The notes: generated by a model not told the origin, from the sequence alone. Counted from the stretch's first letter, positions 9,745 through 20,628 are shown. The stretch is DNA of 32,000 nt from Desulfobulbus propionicus DSM 2032 (GCF_000186885.1 NC_014972.1:3480001-3512000), one strand, 5' to 3'. Numbers and translations: made by a program.

Positions 9745-9915
9745 AAGGTCGGGGTCATACGGTTCAGGCAGGTCTTCTGACTTCCGGATCGTCCTTCTTC
9801 CGCGCCTTCCCGTTGTCACAGTGGCGTATGTGCGAAAGTTGTCCCCGGCTACAGCGGCGGGCCCGTTCCGGCTTTGAACCGGATTCCCTTTTCATCCGTT
9901 GATACGGACACCTGA
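9745..9915 (-). promoter_or_regulatory. Cobalamin (AdoCbl) riboswitch
   Basis: Minus strand holds the conserved core in order: GGGAATCCGGTTCAAAGCCGGAACGGGCCCGCCGCTGTAGCCGG ... GCCACTGTGACAACGGGAAGGCG ... GGAAGTCAGAAGACCTGCC. Located upstream of cbiK. Boundaries approximate. Confidence 0.95.
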
Positions 9916-9930
9916 ACCACAGGTGCGGCC

Positions 9931-9959
9931 ATGGTACCTGCCACCCGGGGTGAAGTCAA
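9931..9959 (-). promoter_or_regulatory. Candidate sigma70-like promoter of the cobalamin operon
   Basis: Minus strand TTGACT - 17 bp - TACCAT, ending just upstream of the riboswitch. Confidence 0.55.
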
Positions 9960-10027
9960 GCCGCGAATGGAGCGCGTGGCGCAAAAAGCCCGGGTCCGGC
10001 AGGCCACGATCCCAGAGGCAGCCGCAC

Positions 10028-10846
10028 TCACCCGCCGTTTCCCGCCAACGGTTCCTGAGACGGTGTCGCCACCAGCGGCGGCAACAGGGTCTGCACCTCG
10101 TAGGCGGTCCACTGCAGAAGCCCGGAAAGGGTGGCCACGTTGATCCGATTGAGCCCCCGGGCGATTTCCTCGTAGCTTTTCCCTTTTTGCCGCAGCCGGC
10201 CAATCGACGCCGACAGCTGTTCCCGGGAAAAGCGTTTTTTCCCATCCGCTGGAGGCGGCGTTTCCGGCTCCTGGCCGGCATGGGGCATCGGCCCGCGGCG
10301 TGGGTCAAGCTGAAGCGGCAGTTCGATCACCTGGTAGAGTTCATCGGTCCCTTGCGTGACCTGGAGGGGGGCGGATGCAGCTGCTTCGTCCGCCTCAGCC
10401 GCGTTTTGTGTGGCGGGCTGCAGGGGCTTGTATTCCAGTTGCAGGCCCACCATCAGCCGCATCAGATCGTCAATCTGACGGTCGCGGCGGGCCAGCTGTT
10501 CGCGCATGTCCTCCAACTGTTCACGAAGCAGCTCGATCTGATCCTTGTAGGCGAGGAGCAGGTCCTGGAGAAAGTCGCTGCCCGGCTCGGTCGGTTTGGT
10601 CGGGGCACCGGCCCTGGCTGCGGCGGGTTCCTCGCCGTCGCGGGGGTAGGCGGCGAGCAGCTGCCGCCCCTCGTCCCATCGCTCCAGATCGGCATAGCGG
10701 AACCGGACCTCCTGCTTGCCGGTCACCGGGTTGAGCACCAGCTTATAGGGCAATCCCCGCTTGCGGTAGCGGCTGATGGATTTGGTCGAGACGTTGAGGA
10801 AATCGGCCGCCTCTTTCTGGGTGACCATGTAGTCGTTGTCGCTCAT
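10028..10846 (-). CDS. Uncharacterised DNA-binding-like protein: N-terminal HTH, central coiled coil, C-terminal HTH-like segment
   Basis: Start trimmed to MSDNDYMVTQKEAADFLNVSTKSISRYRKRGLPYKLV (excisionase/MerR-like HTH); coiled coil DQIELLREQLEDMREQLARRDRQIDDLMRLM; C-terminal SREQLSASIGRLRQKGKSYEEIARGLNRINV. The track ORF (to 11176) extends into the upstream decarboxylase gene. Confidence 0.75.
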   Translation of the reverse strand: MSDNDYMVTQKEAADFLNVSTKSISRYRKRGLPYKLVLNPVTGKQEVRFRYADLERWDEGRQLLAAYPRDGEEPAAARAGAPTKPTEPGSDFLQDLLLAYKDQIELLREQLEDMREQLARRDRQIDDLMRLMVGLQLEYKPLQPATQNAAEADEAAASAPLQVTQGTDELYQVIELPLQLDPRRGPMPHAGQEPETPPPADGKKRFSREQLSASIGRLRQKGKSYEEIARGLNRINVATLSGLLQWTAYEVQTLLPPLVATPSQEPLAGNGG

Positions 10847-10848
10847 GC

Positions 10849-12285
10849 CTACCGTGTTCGGGGGTGATCCAGGCCGCTCCTTTCGGCCAGCAGTTCCCGG
10901 CCGGTTTCGATCACCGCCCGAAAAAAGGTGTCGATCTCGGATTTGTCGACGTTGATGTTGGTAATCAGCAACCGCAGCACCAATTCGCCGTTGACGAACC
11001 CGGTACCGACCAGGCTGCGGCCGGTGCGGTGCATCCGTTCCCGCAGTTCCTGATTGAAGGCGGCGGCAGGGATAGGCGCGGGAGGACGGAAGCGAAAACA
11101 GACGTTGAACGACTCCCGGGGCACCACCATTTCCAGCTCTGCGGCCTGTTGCACCTGCGCCTCGGCATAGGCGCACAGCTCAAGATAGTGTTCCACCCGC
11201 TCGGCCAACCCCTCGCGGCCATAAAATTTCCAATCAAGAAACCATTTGAGGCTGTCCACCCGCCGGCCGCACTGGAGCGACTGGGTGCCCAGATCGCGGA
11301 TCTCGCCGTTGTCGCCCTCGCGGAAGATGTAGCTCTCATCGCCGGCGCTGCACACCTGGCGAAGAATATCGGGCCGCTGATTGAACAGCAGCACGTTGCA
11401 CATCAGGGAGGTGCCCAGCATTTTATGAAAGTCCAGGGTGAACGAGTCGGCCTGCTCCAGATGGGGCAAGAACCGGGCGCGCAGCCGGTCGCTAAACACC
11501 ACCGCTCCCCCCCAGGCGCCGTCGACATGCAGCCAGAATTTGTATTGATCGCGCAGGGCGATGATTGGCTGCAGCAGGTCATAGGATCCCCGCACCGTGG
11601 TGCCGGCGGTGGCGGCGACAAAAAAGGGCACCCCGCCTGCGGCGGTGATCTCGGCCAGTCGTTGTTCCAGAGCGTCCACCCGCATCCGGCCGTGATCGTC
11701 CACCGGCACCTTGAGCAGATGCTCCGCCCCCAAACCGAGAATGTTGGACGCCCGGTCCATGGAGTAATGGGCGTCGGCATTGACCAGGGCGAACAGCGGC
11801 GGCCGGCCGAACAACCCCTGCTGCTTGACCGCCGGATCGGCGTTGTTGCGCGCCGCCATCATGGCGATCATGTTGGCGTTGCTCGAACCGGTGGTCATCT
11901 GACCGGTACCGTTGTGAAAACCGACCAGTTCAAGCATGGTCCGCAGCAGGTATTTCTCCATCAGGGTGGAGACTGGCGCGGTCTCGTACGTGCAGGCCGA
12001 GGTGTTGGTGACGGCGGTCACCATCTCGCCGATCACCGACGGCAGGTTGGCCCCGGCCCACATCCGGTTGAGGTAGGCGGGATGGCTGGTCCTGACCGCA
12101 TGGGTCAGATATTTCTCTACCCAGGCGAACAGCTGGTCCCAGTCTCCCCGCACGCCGCTGTCCAGATCCAGCCGTTGCCGCAGCTCCTCGGGATCGAGAT
12201 AGTCAACAAAGGGTCCCGTCGCCCGCTCTTGGGAGTAGCGGGTGAGGATCTGCAGCAACCGCGCTAAAATTTTTTCCTGCTCCAT
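10849..12285 (-). CDS. Group II PLP-dependent decarboxylase (glutamate/aspartate/tyrosine/diaminobutyrate type; substrate unknown)
   Basis: TTGSSNANMIAMMAARN, DAHYSMDRASNILGLG, WLHVDGAWGGAVVFS, and PLP-lysine motif SFTLDFHKMLG. Confidence 0.88.
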   Translation of the reverse strand: MEQEKILARLLQILTRYSQERATGPFVDYLDPEELRQRLDLDSGVRGDWDQLFAWVEKYLTHAVRTSHPAYLNRMWAGANLPSVIGEMVTAVTNTSACTYETAPVSTLMEKYLLRTMLELVGFHNGTGQMTTGSSNANMIAMMAARNNADPAVKQQGLFGRPPLFALVNADAHYSMDRASNILGLGAEHLLKVPVDDHGRMRVDALEQRLAEITAAGGVPFFVAATAGTTVRGSYDLLQPIIALRDQYKFWLHVDGAWGGAVVFSDRLRARFLPHLEQADSFTLDFHKMLGTSLMCNVLLFNQRPDILRQVCSAGDESYIFREGDNGEIRDLGTQSLQCGRRVDSLKWFLDWKFYGREGLAERVEHYLELCAYAEAQVQQAAELEMVVPRESFNVCFRFRPPAPIPAAAFNQELRERMHRTGRSLVGTGFVNGELVLRLLITNINVDKSEIDTFFRAVIETGRELLAERSGLDHPRTR

Positions 12286-12599
12286 GTGTCCTGTGAAAGC
12301 TCCCTGTGGTCAGTGACGATGGCCAACAAACGCAACCTGCAACCACCCCGGCAGCATGACGAGCCGCCGGGAAAACCACCTTTTGTTCGATATATCCGCT
12401 TCGCCGTTTTCGGCGGACAGGAGGCGACGCAACCGCGCGATGCACCGTTTGCCGGAATCCCGGAAACACGGCGAAAGCGATTGCTCTATACTACAGGGGA
12501 GACGGATAATCGAACAGAAAGTGGCCCATGCCGATGGGGAAAACAGTGGTCTCGGCCCCAAACCGTTGCCACATGCAGCGCGGCCGCCCGGCGCGTCTC

Positions 12600-13187
12600 T
12601 CAGCTCTCGGGAGAGGCCAGGGTGTCGAGGTACACCATGCCCTCCAGCAACAGATGATCGACCCGTTCCTGCAGGCGCATGGTTGTCGGCACGGACATCT
12701 GACCGGGGTAAAAGGCAAAGGTTCCCTGGCGCCAGGACAAGGACTCGAAAAATGCCTCCTTGATCTGACGGATGAGCAGATCGTCCAGCCGGGCCGCGTC
12801 CACGTAGCCCTTCTCCTGAAGGAGGTGCCCCAGGGGGCGCGTGCCCTGGTCCTGCCGATGAAGGAGGAGGCATTCGTGCAGCTGTTCTTCGGTGATCATG
12901 CCGGATTCGAGCAGCATCTCACCGATTTTACGAGGATTGATGCGCAACATGCCATAGGTCAGCACGCCGCTGGCAAAATAAAAACTGCCGCTGTTTTCCG
13001 GGGCATGCACTTCGAGTTTTCCGCTGAGGGCGGCAAAATCGAACAGCTGAAAGATGTTCTCCAAGGCAATGGCGGCGATATCGCCCTGAAAGGCGGCCGC
13101 CGTTTTCGCGGGCTGATCGGCTGCGTGCCGGGAGGACGTCGGGGGGGCCTGCGGTGGGCCTGGTCTATTCAACGGATTGGTTTGCAT
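12600..13187 (-). CDS. DUF4388 (PATAN-like) domain protein
   Basis: FQGDIAAIALENIFQLFDFAALSGKLEVHAPENSGSFYFASGVLTYG, then IGEMLLESGMITEEQLHECLLLHR, resembling DUF4388 regulatory proteins. Confidence 0.7.
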   Translation of the reverse strand: MQTNPLNRPGPPQAPPTSSRHAADQPAKTAAAFQGDIAAIALENIFQLFDFAALSGKLEVHAPENSGSFYFASGVLTYGMLRINPRKIGEMLLESGMITEEQLHECLLLHRQDQGTRPLGHLLQEKGYVDAARLDDLLIRQIKEAFFESLSWRQGTFAFYPGQMSVPTTMRLQERVDHLLLEGMVYLDTLASPES

Positions 13188-13241
13188 GGTCGTGTTGGAG
13201 GTTTCTTGTGGTTGCGGGCCGTGCTCCCCTCTGCGGCCGTT

Positions 13242-14435
13242 CTACACGCGGACAATTTCCTCCGGCGCATGGGTCAGCACCTGCGGTCCGTCGGCTTGGA
13301 GCACAAAGGTGTTTTCCGTGCCGATGGCCCCTTCCGGGAAGACGAATTTCGGCTCCAGGGCAAAGGTCATGCCGGCGGCCAGGGGCATCTTTACCCCGGT
13401 GGCGAAGATCGGATACTCGTCGAGTTCCAGACCGACGCCGTGGCCGATGAAGCGCACCCGGTCGTTGCCCATGCCCATGAAATGGTCCGCCAGCCCCATC
13501 TGCTCGGCCAGTTCGACCGATTTGGCGTAGACCGTTTCACAGAGGACCCCGGGCTTGAGCATGCCCACCAGTTCGGCCTGGATGGCCAGCGCCGCCGCAT
13601 GGGCCTGGCGCAACCGCGCGGAGACATCGCCGAGGACAAACATCCGGGCGCCGTCGGCGGTGTAGCCGTTGATCACGCAGGTGTAGTCGATGTAGACGAC
13701 TTCGTTCTTGCCGATGGTCTTCCAGCCGGCGCCGTGCGGGTTATTGGCCGGGGTCAGGCCGCAGCCCCCCACCGGCCCGTCGAAGTAGGTAGGGGCGGCG
13801 CCACTTGATCCGGAGGTGACGTTGCCCATGAAGAAGTCCTGGTTGAAGGCGCGCATCTTGGAACAGCCGCCGTAGCCGCGTTTGCGCATCCCGGCCTCGA
13901 ACAGGCTGGCCAGTTCAATTTCGGTCATGCCCTCGCGCAGCCAGGAGGGCACCTCGGCAAAGACCTGATCGAGCACGCCGCAGGCGCGGTGGAGCAGATC
14001 GATCTCATAGGCGGATTTGATGGTGCGGAGGCGCCTGAGGACATCCGAGATGTCGGAGAAGGTGGTGTCGTTGAAGACCTTGGCATAGAACTGCCAGGTA
14101 TTGTAGGGGATGACATCCAGCTCCAGGCCCAGGGTCTCGATTGCAAACCCCCGATCCTTGAGCAGGTCGGGAATCGCCTTCAGGCTCTTCACCTCCAGGA
14201 TGGTGTCGATCGGCGACTCGGTGCAGGCCCGCTCGAAACTCTTGCGCACCATGAGAACCGGTTGGCCGGCGCGGGGGATGAACAGATGGCTCGATTGCGA
14301 GGTGCCGCTAAGATAGAACAGGTTGGTATGGTGGATGATCAGGGCGCCGTCGAGCCCCAGCTGCTCCAGGGTCTGCTGAAAGGTGGCGATGCGCGCGTCA
14401 ATCTCGCTTTTTGGCGTGTACAGCATGTCCGTCAT
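13242..14435 (-). CDS. M24 family metallopeptidase / Xaa-Pro aminopeptidase-like
   Basis: VVYIDYTCVINGYTADGARMF, FIGHGVGLELDEYP, FALEPKFVFPEGAIGTENTF (D/D/H/E/E metal ligands). Start trimmed from 14468 to MTDMLYTPKSEID. Confidence 0.88.
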   Translation of the reverse strand: MTDMLYTPKSEIDARIATFQQTLEQLGLDGALIIHHTNLFYLSGTSQSSHLFIPRAGQPVLMVRKSFERACTESPIDTILEVKSLKAIPDLLKDRGFAIETLGLELDVIPYNTWQFYAKVFNDTTFSDISDVLRRLRTIKSAYEIDLLHRACGVLDQVFAEVPSWLREGMTEIELASLFEAGMRKRGYGGCSKMRAFNQDFFMGNVTSGSSGAAPTYFDGPVGGCGLTPANNPHGAGWKTIGKNEVVYIDYTCVINGYTADGARMFVLGDVSARLRQAHAAALAIQAELVGMLKPGVLCETVYAKSVELAEQMGLADHFMGMGNDRVRFIGHGVGLELDEYPIFATGVKMPLAAGMTFALEPKFVFPEGAIGTENTFVLQADGPQVLTHAPEEIVRV

Positions 14436-14601
14436 GAAGAGGTCCCCCTGTGCGTGCGTTTGAAACAAACTCCCGGTTTGACAGCAAAGTTGCAGGCAAA
14501 CCTATTCAACAAACGACGATCTGTCAATGCCTAGTCGGCCCGGCGGAACGCTTCCCCACTTGGCCGTGAGCAAGCGTTGTTGCCCACCGTAAGGGCAGGA
14601 T

Positions 14602-15782
14602 TCAGCTCAGGCGCGTTTTGAACTCCTCGTAACCGAAGCGGCGCACCAGCACGAGTTCGTCGTCGTCCGGCCGGTAGCGCATGATCGAGGGCAACTGCAC
14701 GCCGTTGAAGGTATTGGTTTTGACCATGGTGTAGATGGCCATGTCGGTGAACACCAGCCGGTCGCCGGGGGCAAGCTCCGCATCGAAGGAGTATTCGCCG
14801 GCCACGTCGCCGGCCAGGCAGGAGAGCCCGCCGATCCGGCAGGTCCAGGCTTTTTCTCCCGCTTCGCCCGAGCCGACGATGTGCGGCCGGTAGGGCATTT
14901 CCAGCACATCGGGCATGTGGGCAGGCACCGAGGCATCGATGATGGCGATCGGCATATCGGCGTTCACCACGTCGAGCACCGTGGCCACCAGGTAACCAGC
15001 GTTGAGAGCCACCGCCTCGCCGGGTTCGAGATAGACCTGTACCCCCCAACGGTCCTGGAAGCGGCCCACAATATCGATCAGCAAATCGAGCTGATAGCCG
15101 GGACGGGTGATGTGGTGGCCGCCGCCGAAGTTGATGTAGGCCATCTGCGGGATCACCTCGGCAAAGTTCCGTTCCACTGCGGCCACGGTCCGCTGCAAAC
15201 AGTCGGCGTCCTGCTCGCAGAGGTTGTGCCAGTGCAGGCCGCTGATGCCGTCGAGCAGATCGGCGCGGAAATCTTTCCTGCGGATGCCCAGCCGCGAGCC
15301 CGGCGCACACGGGTCATAGATGGGGGTGGCTCCTTCGGAATGCTCGGGATTGACGCGCAGGCCGAACTTCAGCTCCCGACCTGTCCGCTTAGCTGTGGTT
15401 TCAGCCAGACTGCGGAACCGCTGCCACTGGCCAAAGGAATTGAACACCAAATGATCACTGGTCACGGCCAACTGCTCGATATCGTGTTCGGAGTAGGCGG
15501 CGGCAAAGCTGTGCACCTCGCGGCCGAACTCCTCGCGGCCGAGCCGGGCCTCGTGCGGCGAGCTGCAGCAGACCCCATCCAGCACCTGCCGGAGCAGCGG
15601 AAAGACGCTGAACATGGCAAAGCATTTCAGAGCCAGGAGGATCTTGCAACCGGTGGCCTGCTTGACCTGGGCAAGGAGAGCGAGGTTGTCGGCCAGCAAC
15701 CCCTCGTCGACCACGAAGGCCGGAGTCACCACTCGCGCCGGATCGAAGCGGCAACCGTATCGGCCGTGAAAGCGGGCTTCGT

Positions 15783-15786
<4 letters not shown>
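14602..15786 (-). CDS. nspC: Carboxynorspermidine/carboxyspermidine decarboxylase
   Basis: TPAFVVDEGLLADNL, ILLALKCFAMFSVFPLL, LRVNPEHSEG, GLHWHNLCEQDADCLQRT, INFGGGHHITRPGY, YLEPGEAVALNAGYL, PHIVGSGEAGEKAWTCRIGGLSCLAGD. Confidence 0.93.
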
Positions 15787-16973
<1,187 letters not shown>

Positions 16974-17105
16974 GGGGAGCCTCCTTCAAACGTGTTAAAA
17001 CTGGCAGAAAATCGGTTAATTGCCCATTGGAGCAAGCAGGACGTGAACAGGTTTCCCCCCGTGCGGCCGGACTGACGCCGGAACCGTGGAATGGGCCGCG
17101 ATTGC

Positions 17106-17942
17106 TCAGCTCCGCCAGTCCATACCGATGTCGCAGGCGCGGGCACTGTGGGTGAGTGCCCCGACCGAGATGATATCCACCCCGGTCTCGGCGATACCGC
17201 GCACGGTGTCCAGGTTGACCCCGCCCGAGGCCTCGATGATCGCCCGACCGTCGATCAGGTTCACCGCCTGGCGCATGGTGGCCAGATCCATGTTGTCGAG
17301 CATGATCACCCCCACGCCGCAGGCCAGACACTCCTCCACCTGGGCGAGCGTATCGGTCTCGACCTCGACGTTGATGGTGTGCGGCACTCGGGCCCGCACC
17401 CGGCGCACCGCCTCGGTGATCGAGCCGCAGGCCGCGATGTGGTTGTCCTTGATGAGCACGCCGTCGCTGAGGCTGTAGCGGTGGTTGCGGCCGCCGCTGG
17501 CCCGCACCGCGTACTTTTCCAACAACCGCAGACCGGGCGTGGTCTTGCGGGTATCGACGATGGTGGCCTTGGTGTGCCTGACCGCGTCAACAAAGGCCGT
17601 GGTCAGGGTGGCGATGCCGCACAACCGTTGCACCAGGTTGAGCGCCACCCGCTCGCCCCGCAACAGGGCACGGGTGGCGCCGCTGATGGCGAGCAACGCC
17701 GTGCCGGTCTCGACCCGGGTGCCGTCGGCCACGGCATCGGTGCAGACCACGCTTGGATCGAGCAGACGAAAGACCCGCGCGGCCACGGTTTCCATGCCGA
17801 CCACGGTCATGGGGTGGCGGGCGATGAAATAAGCCTGGGCCTGGTCTTCGGGGCTGAAAATGGCCTCGGTGGTGATATCGCTGTGTTCCAGATCTTCGGC
17901 GAGCAGGTTCCGCAGCAGGGGATCGAGCAAAAAGGTATCCAT
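17106..17942 (-). CDS. nadC: Nicotinate-nucleotide pyrophosphorylase (quinolinate phosphoribosyltransferase)
   Basis: ALNLVQRLCGIATLTTAFVD, TIVDTRKTTPGLRLLEKYAVRASGGRNHRYSLSDGVLIKDNH, VEVETDTLAQVEE, IMLDNM. Confidence 0.96.
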   Translation of the reverse strand: MDTFLLDPLLRNLLAEDLEHSDITTEAIFSPEDQAQAYFIARHPMTVVGMETVAARVFRLLDPSVVCTDAVADGTRVETGTALLAISGATRALLRGERVALNLVQRLCGIATLTTAFVDAVRHTKATIVDTRKTTPGLRLLEKYAVRASGGRNHRYSLSDGVLIKDNHIAACGSITEAVRRVRARVPHTINVEVETDTLAQVEECLACGVGVIMLDNMDLATMRQAVNLIDGRAIIEASGGVNLDTVRGIAETGVDIISVGALTHSARACDIGMDWRS

Positions 17943-17943
17943 A

Positions 17944-20628
17944 TCAGCGCAGTTTGTTCAGGCGTTCGGTGGATTCGATGGTCTTGGCCAAGCGGGCGCG
18001 GATCTCGGCCTCCTTGTCCCGCTCCTTGGCCACCACCGCCTCGGGGGCGTTGCTCATGAACTTGTCGTTCCCGAGCTTGGCGACGATTCGCTCCAGCTCC
18101 TTTTCCAGCTTACCCCTCTCCCTGGCCAGCTTGTCTAGTTCGCCGACCACATCGATCAACCCCTTGAGCGGCACCACCAGTTCGACATCCTGCACCAGAG
18201 CGTGACCGGCATCGTCGGGCACCGTGGCTTCGGTGACGATGGTCAGCGCGCTGGCCCGGACCATGGCCTGGATGCCAGGGGCAAAGTCGGTGAGCAGCTG
18301 ACGCTTGGCCGCATCCGGACAAATGAGCTGGGCCTCGATCTTGGCGCTGGGGTGGACCTCGGCCTCGGTACGGATGGTGCGCAGACCGGAGATCACTCCC
18401 ATGAGCAGGTTCATCGCTGTCTCGGCCTCCGCATCCTCCCAGGCGGGATTGACCTCGGGGAAGGGTTCGAGCATGATGGTGCGCCGCTCGCCGGGCAGCT
18501 GGCTCCAGATCTCCTCGGTGACAAAGGGGCAGATGGGGTGCATCAGCTTGAGCACCTGCTCCAGCACGGTGAGCAGCACCGCCTTGGCCTGATCGCGGGC
18601 GGTGGCATCATCGCTGAACAGGTCGGCCTTGATCCACTCCAGGTACCAGTCGCAGAACTCGTGCCAGACGAACTGGTAGGAGGCCGAGGCCACTTCGTTG
18701 AAGTTGTAGCCGTCGAGCGCCGCCCGCACCTCGGCAATGGTTCCATTGATGCGGCTGAGAATCCAGCGGTGCGCCAAGGCGAGCTTCTCTGGATCGGCGG
18801 CCAGCGCCGTGATCGCCGGGTCGGCCTCCTTGAGGTGCATCTGGGCGAAGCGGGCCGCGTTCCACAGCTTGTTGATAAATCTGCGGTAGCCGTCGATGCG
18901 CTCCTCGTCCATGCGGATCTCGCGGCCCTGGGCGGCAAAGGCGGTAAGGGTGAAGCGGAAGGCGTCGGTGCCGTACTGCCCAATCATCACCAGCGGATCG
19001 ATGACGTTGCCGGTGGACTTGGACATCTTCTTGCCGAACTTGTCGCGCACCAGGGCGTGGAGATAGACGTCGTGGAACGGGACCTCGTCCATGAAGTGCA
19101 ACCCCATCATCATCATCCGCGCCACCCAGAAAAAGAGGATGTCAAAGCTGGTGATCAGCACCGAGGTAGGATAGAACGTGGCCAGTTCCTTGGTGTTTTC
19201 CGGCCAACCCAGGGTGGAGAAGGGCCACAGGGCCGAGCTGAACCAGGTATCGAGCACATCGTTTTCCTGGTGCAGCGTGGTCGAGCCGCAGAAGGGGCAG
19301 GCGTCCGGGGCGCTGACCTCGACCACCAACTGGCCGCAGCCCTCGCAGGTCCAGGCCGGAATGCGGTGGCCCCACCAGATCTGGCGGCTGATGCACCAGT
19401 CGCGGATGTTCTCCATCCAGGCGTAGAAGGTGCGGTACCAGGTATTGGGATACAGCTTGATCCGCCCTTCCTGAACCGCGGCCACCGCCTTGTCGGCCAA
19501 GGGCCGGACACTGACGAACCACTGCTTGGAAGTGGTGGGCTCGACCACCGTGCTGCAACGGTAACATTTGCCCACCGCGTGCTGGTAGTCCTCGATCTTG
19601 TCGAGAAAGCCCTGCTCCTGCAGGTCGGCCACGATCTGCTTGCGGCAGGCGAACCGGTCCAGACCCGCGTAGCTGCCGGCCTCGCTGTTCATCACTCCGT
19701 GATCATCCATCACCTTCAGCCGGGGCAGATCGTGGCGCAGGCCGATCTCGTAGTCGTCGCGGTCATGCGCCGGGGTGACCTTGAGGGCGCCGGTGCCGAA
19801 TTCGCGCTGCACGTGGTGATCGAACACCACCGGGATGGTGCGGCCGGTGAGCGGCAGGCTGATGCCGATGGTTTTCAGGTGCTGGTAGCGCTCGTCCTCG
19901 GGATGGACCGCCACCGCCGTATCGCCGAGCATGGTCTCGGGCCGGGTGGTGGCCACCACCACATGGCCACTGCCGTCGGCATACGGATAACGGATGTGGT
20001 AGAGTTTACCGTCGGTGGGGTCATGCTCGACCTCGTCGTCGGCGAGCGCCGTGTGGCAGCGCGGGCACCAGTTGACGATGTAATCGCCCTTGTAGATCAG
20101 CCCCTCCTTGTAGAGGCGAACAAAGACCTCGCGCACCGCCTTGGACAAGCCTTCGTCCATGGTGAACCGCTCCCGGTCCCAATCGCAGGAGGCGCCCATG
20201 CGTTTGAGCTGGTTGATGATCGTCCCGCCCTTCTCCTCTTTCCAGGCCCAGACCCGCTCGATGAACCGCTCCCGGCCGAGATCGTGGCGGCTCAGTTGTT
20301 CGCTGGCCAACTGGCGCTCGACCACGTTCTGGGTGGCGATGCCCGCGTGATCGGTTCCCGGTACCCACAGGGTATTGTCGCCCTTCATCCGGTGATAGCG
20401 CACCAGGAGATCCTGGAGGGTATTGTTGAGGGCGTGGCCGATGTGAAGCACGCCGGTGACGTTGGGCGGCGGAATGACGATGGAGAACGACGGCCGCCCC
20501 TCCTCCATGCGGGCGCTGAAGGTTTTTTCCTCCAGCCAGTGGGTGTACCAGCGCTGTTCGACCTCGCTGAACTCGTAGGCCTTGGGCAGATCGTATTTGT
20601 CGGGATTGTTCAAGTTTGTCGCTTGCAT
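17944..20628 (-). CDS. valS: Valyl-tRNA synthetase
   Basis: IPPPNVTGVLHIGHALNNTLQD (HIGH), KFGKKMSKSTGNVIDP (KMSKS), CTLW-type CRL/KGDYIVNWCPRCHTALADDEVE; C-terminal coiled coil. Start trimmed from 20835 to MQATNLNNPDKYDLPKAYE. Confidence 0.97.
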   Translation of the reverse strand: MQATNLNNPDKYDLPKAYEFSEVEQRWYTHWLEEKTFSARMEEGRPSFSIVIPPPNVTGVLHIGHALNNTLQDLLVRYHRMKGDNTLWVPGTDHAGIATQNVVERQLASEQLSRHDLGRERFIERVWAWKEEKGGTIINQLKRMGASCDWDRERFTMDEGLSKAVREVFVRLYKEGLIYKGDYIVNWCPRCHTALADDEVEHDPTDGKLYHIRYPYADGSGHVVVATTRPETMLGDTAVAVHPEDERYQHLKTIGISLPLTGRTIPVVFDHHVQREFGTGALKVTPAHDRDDYEIGLRHDLPRLKVMDDHGVMNSEAGSYAGLDRFACRKQIVADLQEQGFLDKIEDYQHAVGKCYRCSTVVEPTTSKQWFVSVRPLADKAVAAVQEGRIKLYPNTWYRTFYAWMENIRDWCISRQIWWGHRIPAWTCEGCGQLVVEVSAPDACPFCGSTTLHQENDVLDTWFSSALWPFSTLGWPENTKELATFYPTSVLITSFDILFFWVARMMMMGLHFMDEVPFHDVYLHALVRDKFGKKMSKSTGNVIDPLVMIGQYGTDAFRFTLTAFAAQGREIRMDEERIDGYRRFINKLWNAARFAQMHLKEADPAITALAADPEKLALAHRWILSRINGTIAEVRAALDGYNFNEVASASYQFVWHEFCDWYLEWIKADLFSDDATARDQAKAVLLTVLEQVLKLMHPICPFVTEEIWSQLPGERRTIMLEPFPEVNPAWEDAEAETAMNLLMGVISGLRTIRTEAEVHPSAKIEAQLICPDAAKRQLLTDFAPGIQAMVRASALTIVTEATVPDDAGHALVQDVELVVPLKGLIDVVGELDKLARERGKLEKELERIVAKLGNDKFMSNAPEAVVAKERDKEAEIRARLAKTIESTERLNKLR

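Noticed and set aside
10847-11176. N-terminal extension of the HTH protein in the ORF track
   Set aside because: Would overlap the decarboxylase C-terminus by over 300 nt; the MSDNDYM start at 10846 sits directly after the decarboxylase stop.
10864-12267. 467-aa + strand ORF antisense to the PLP decarboxylase
   Set aside because: Shadow ORF; low-complexity G/Q/H-rich product.
12310-12873. 187-aa minus-strand ORF between the decarboxylase and DUF4388 genes
   Set aside because: Overlaps the DUF4388 gene in another frame and has a low-complexity composition; more likely noncoding leader plus shadow frame.
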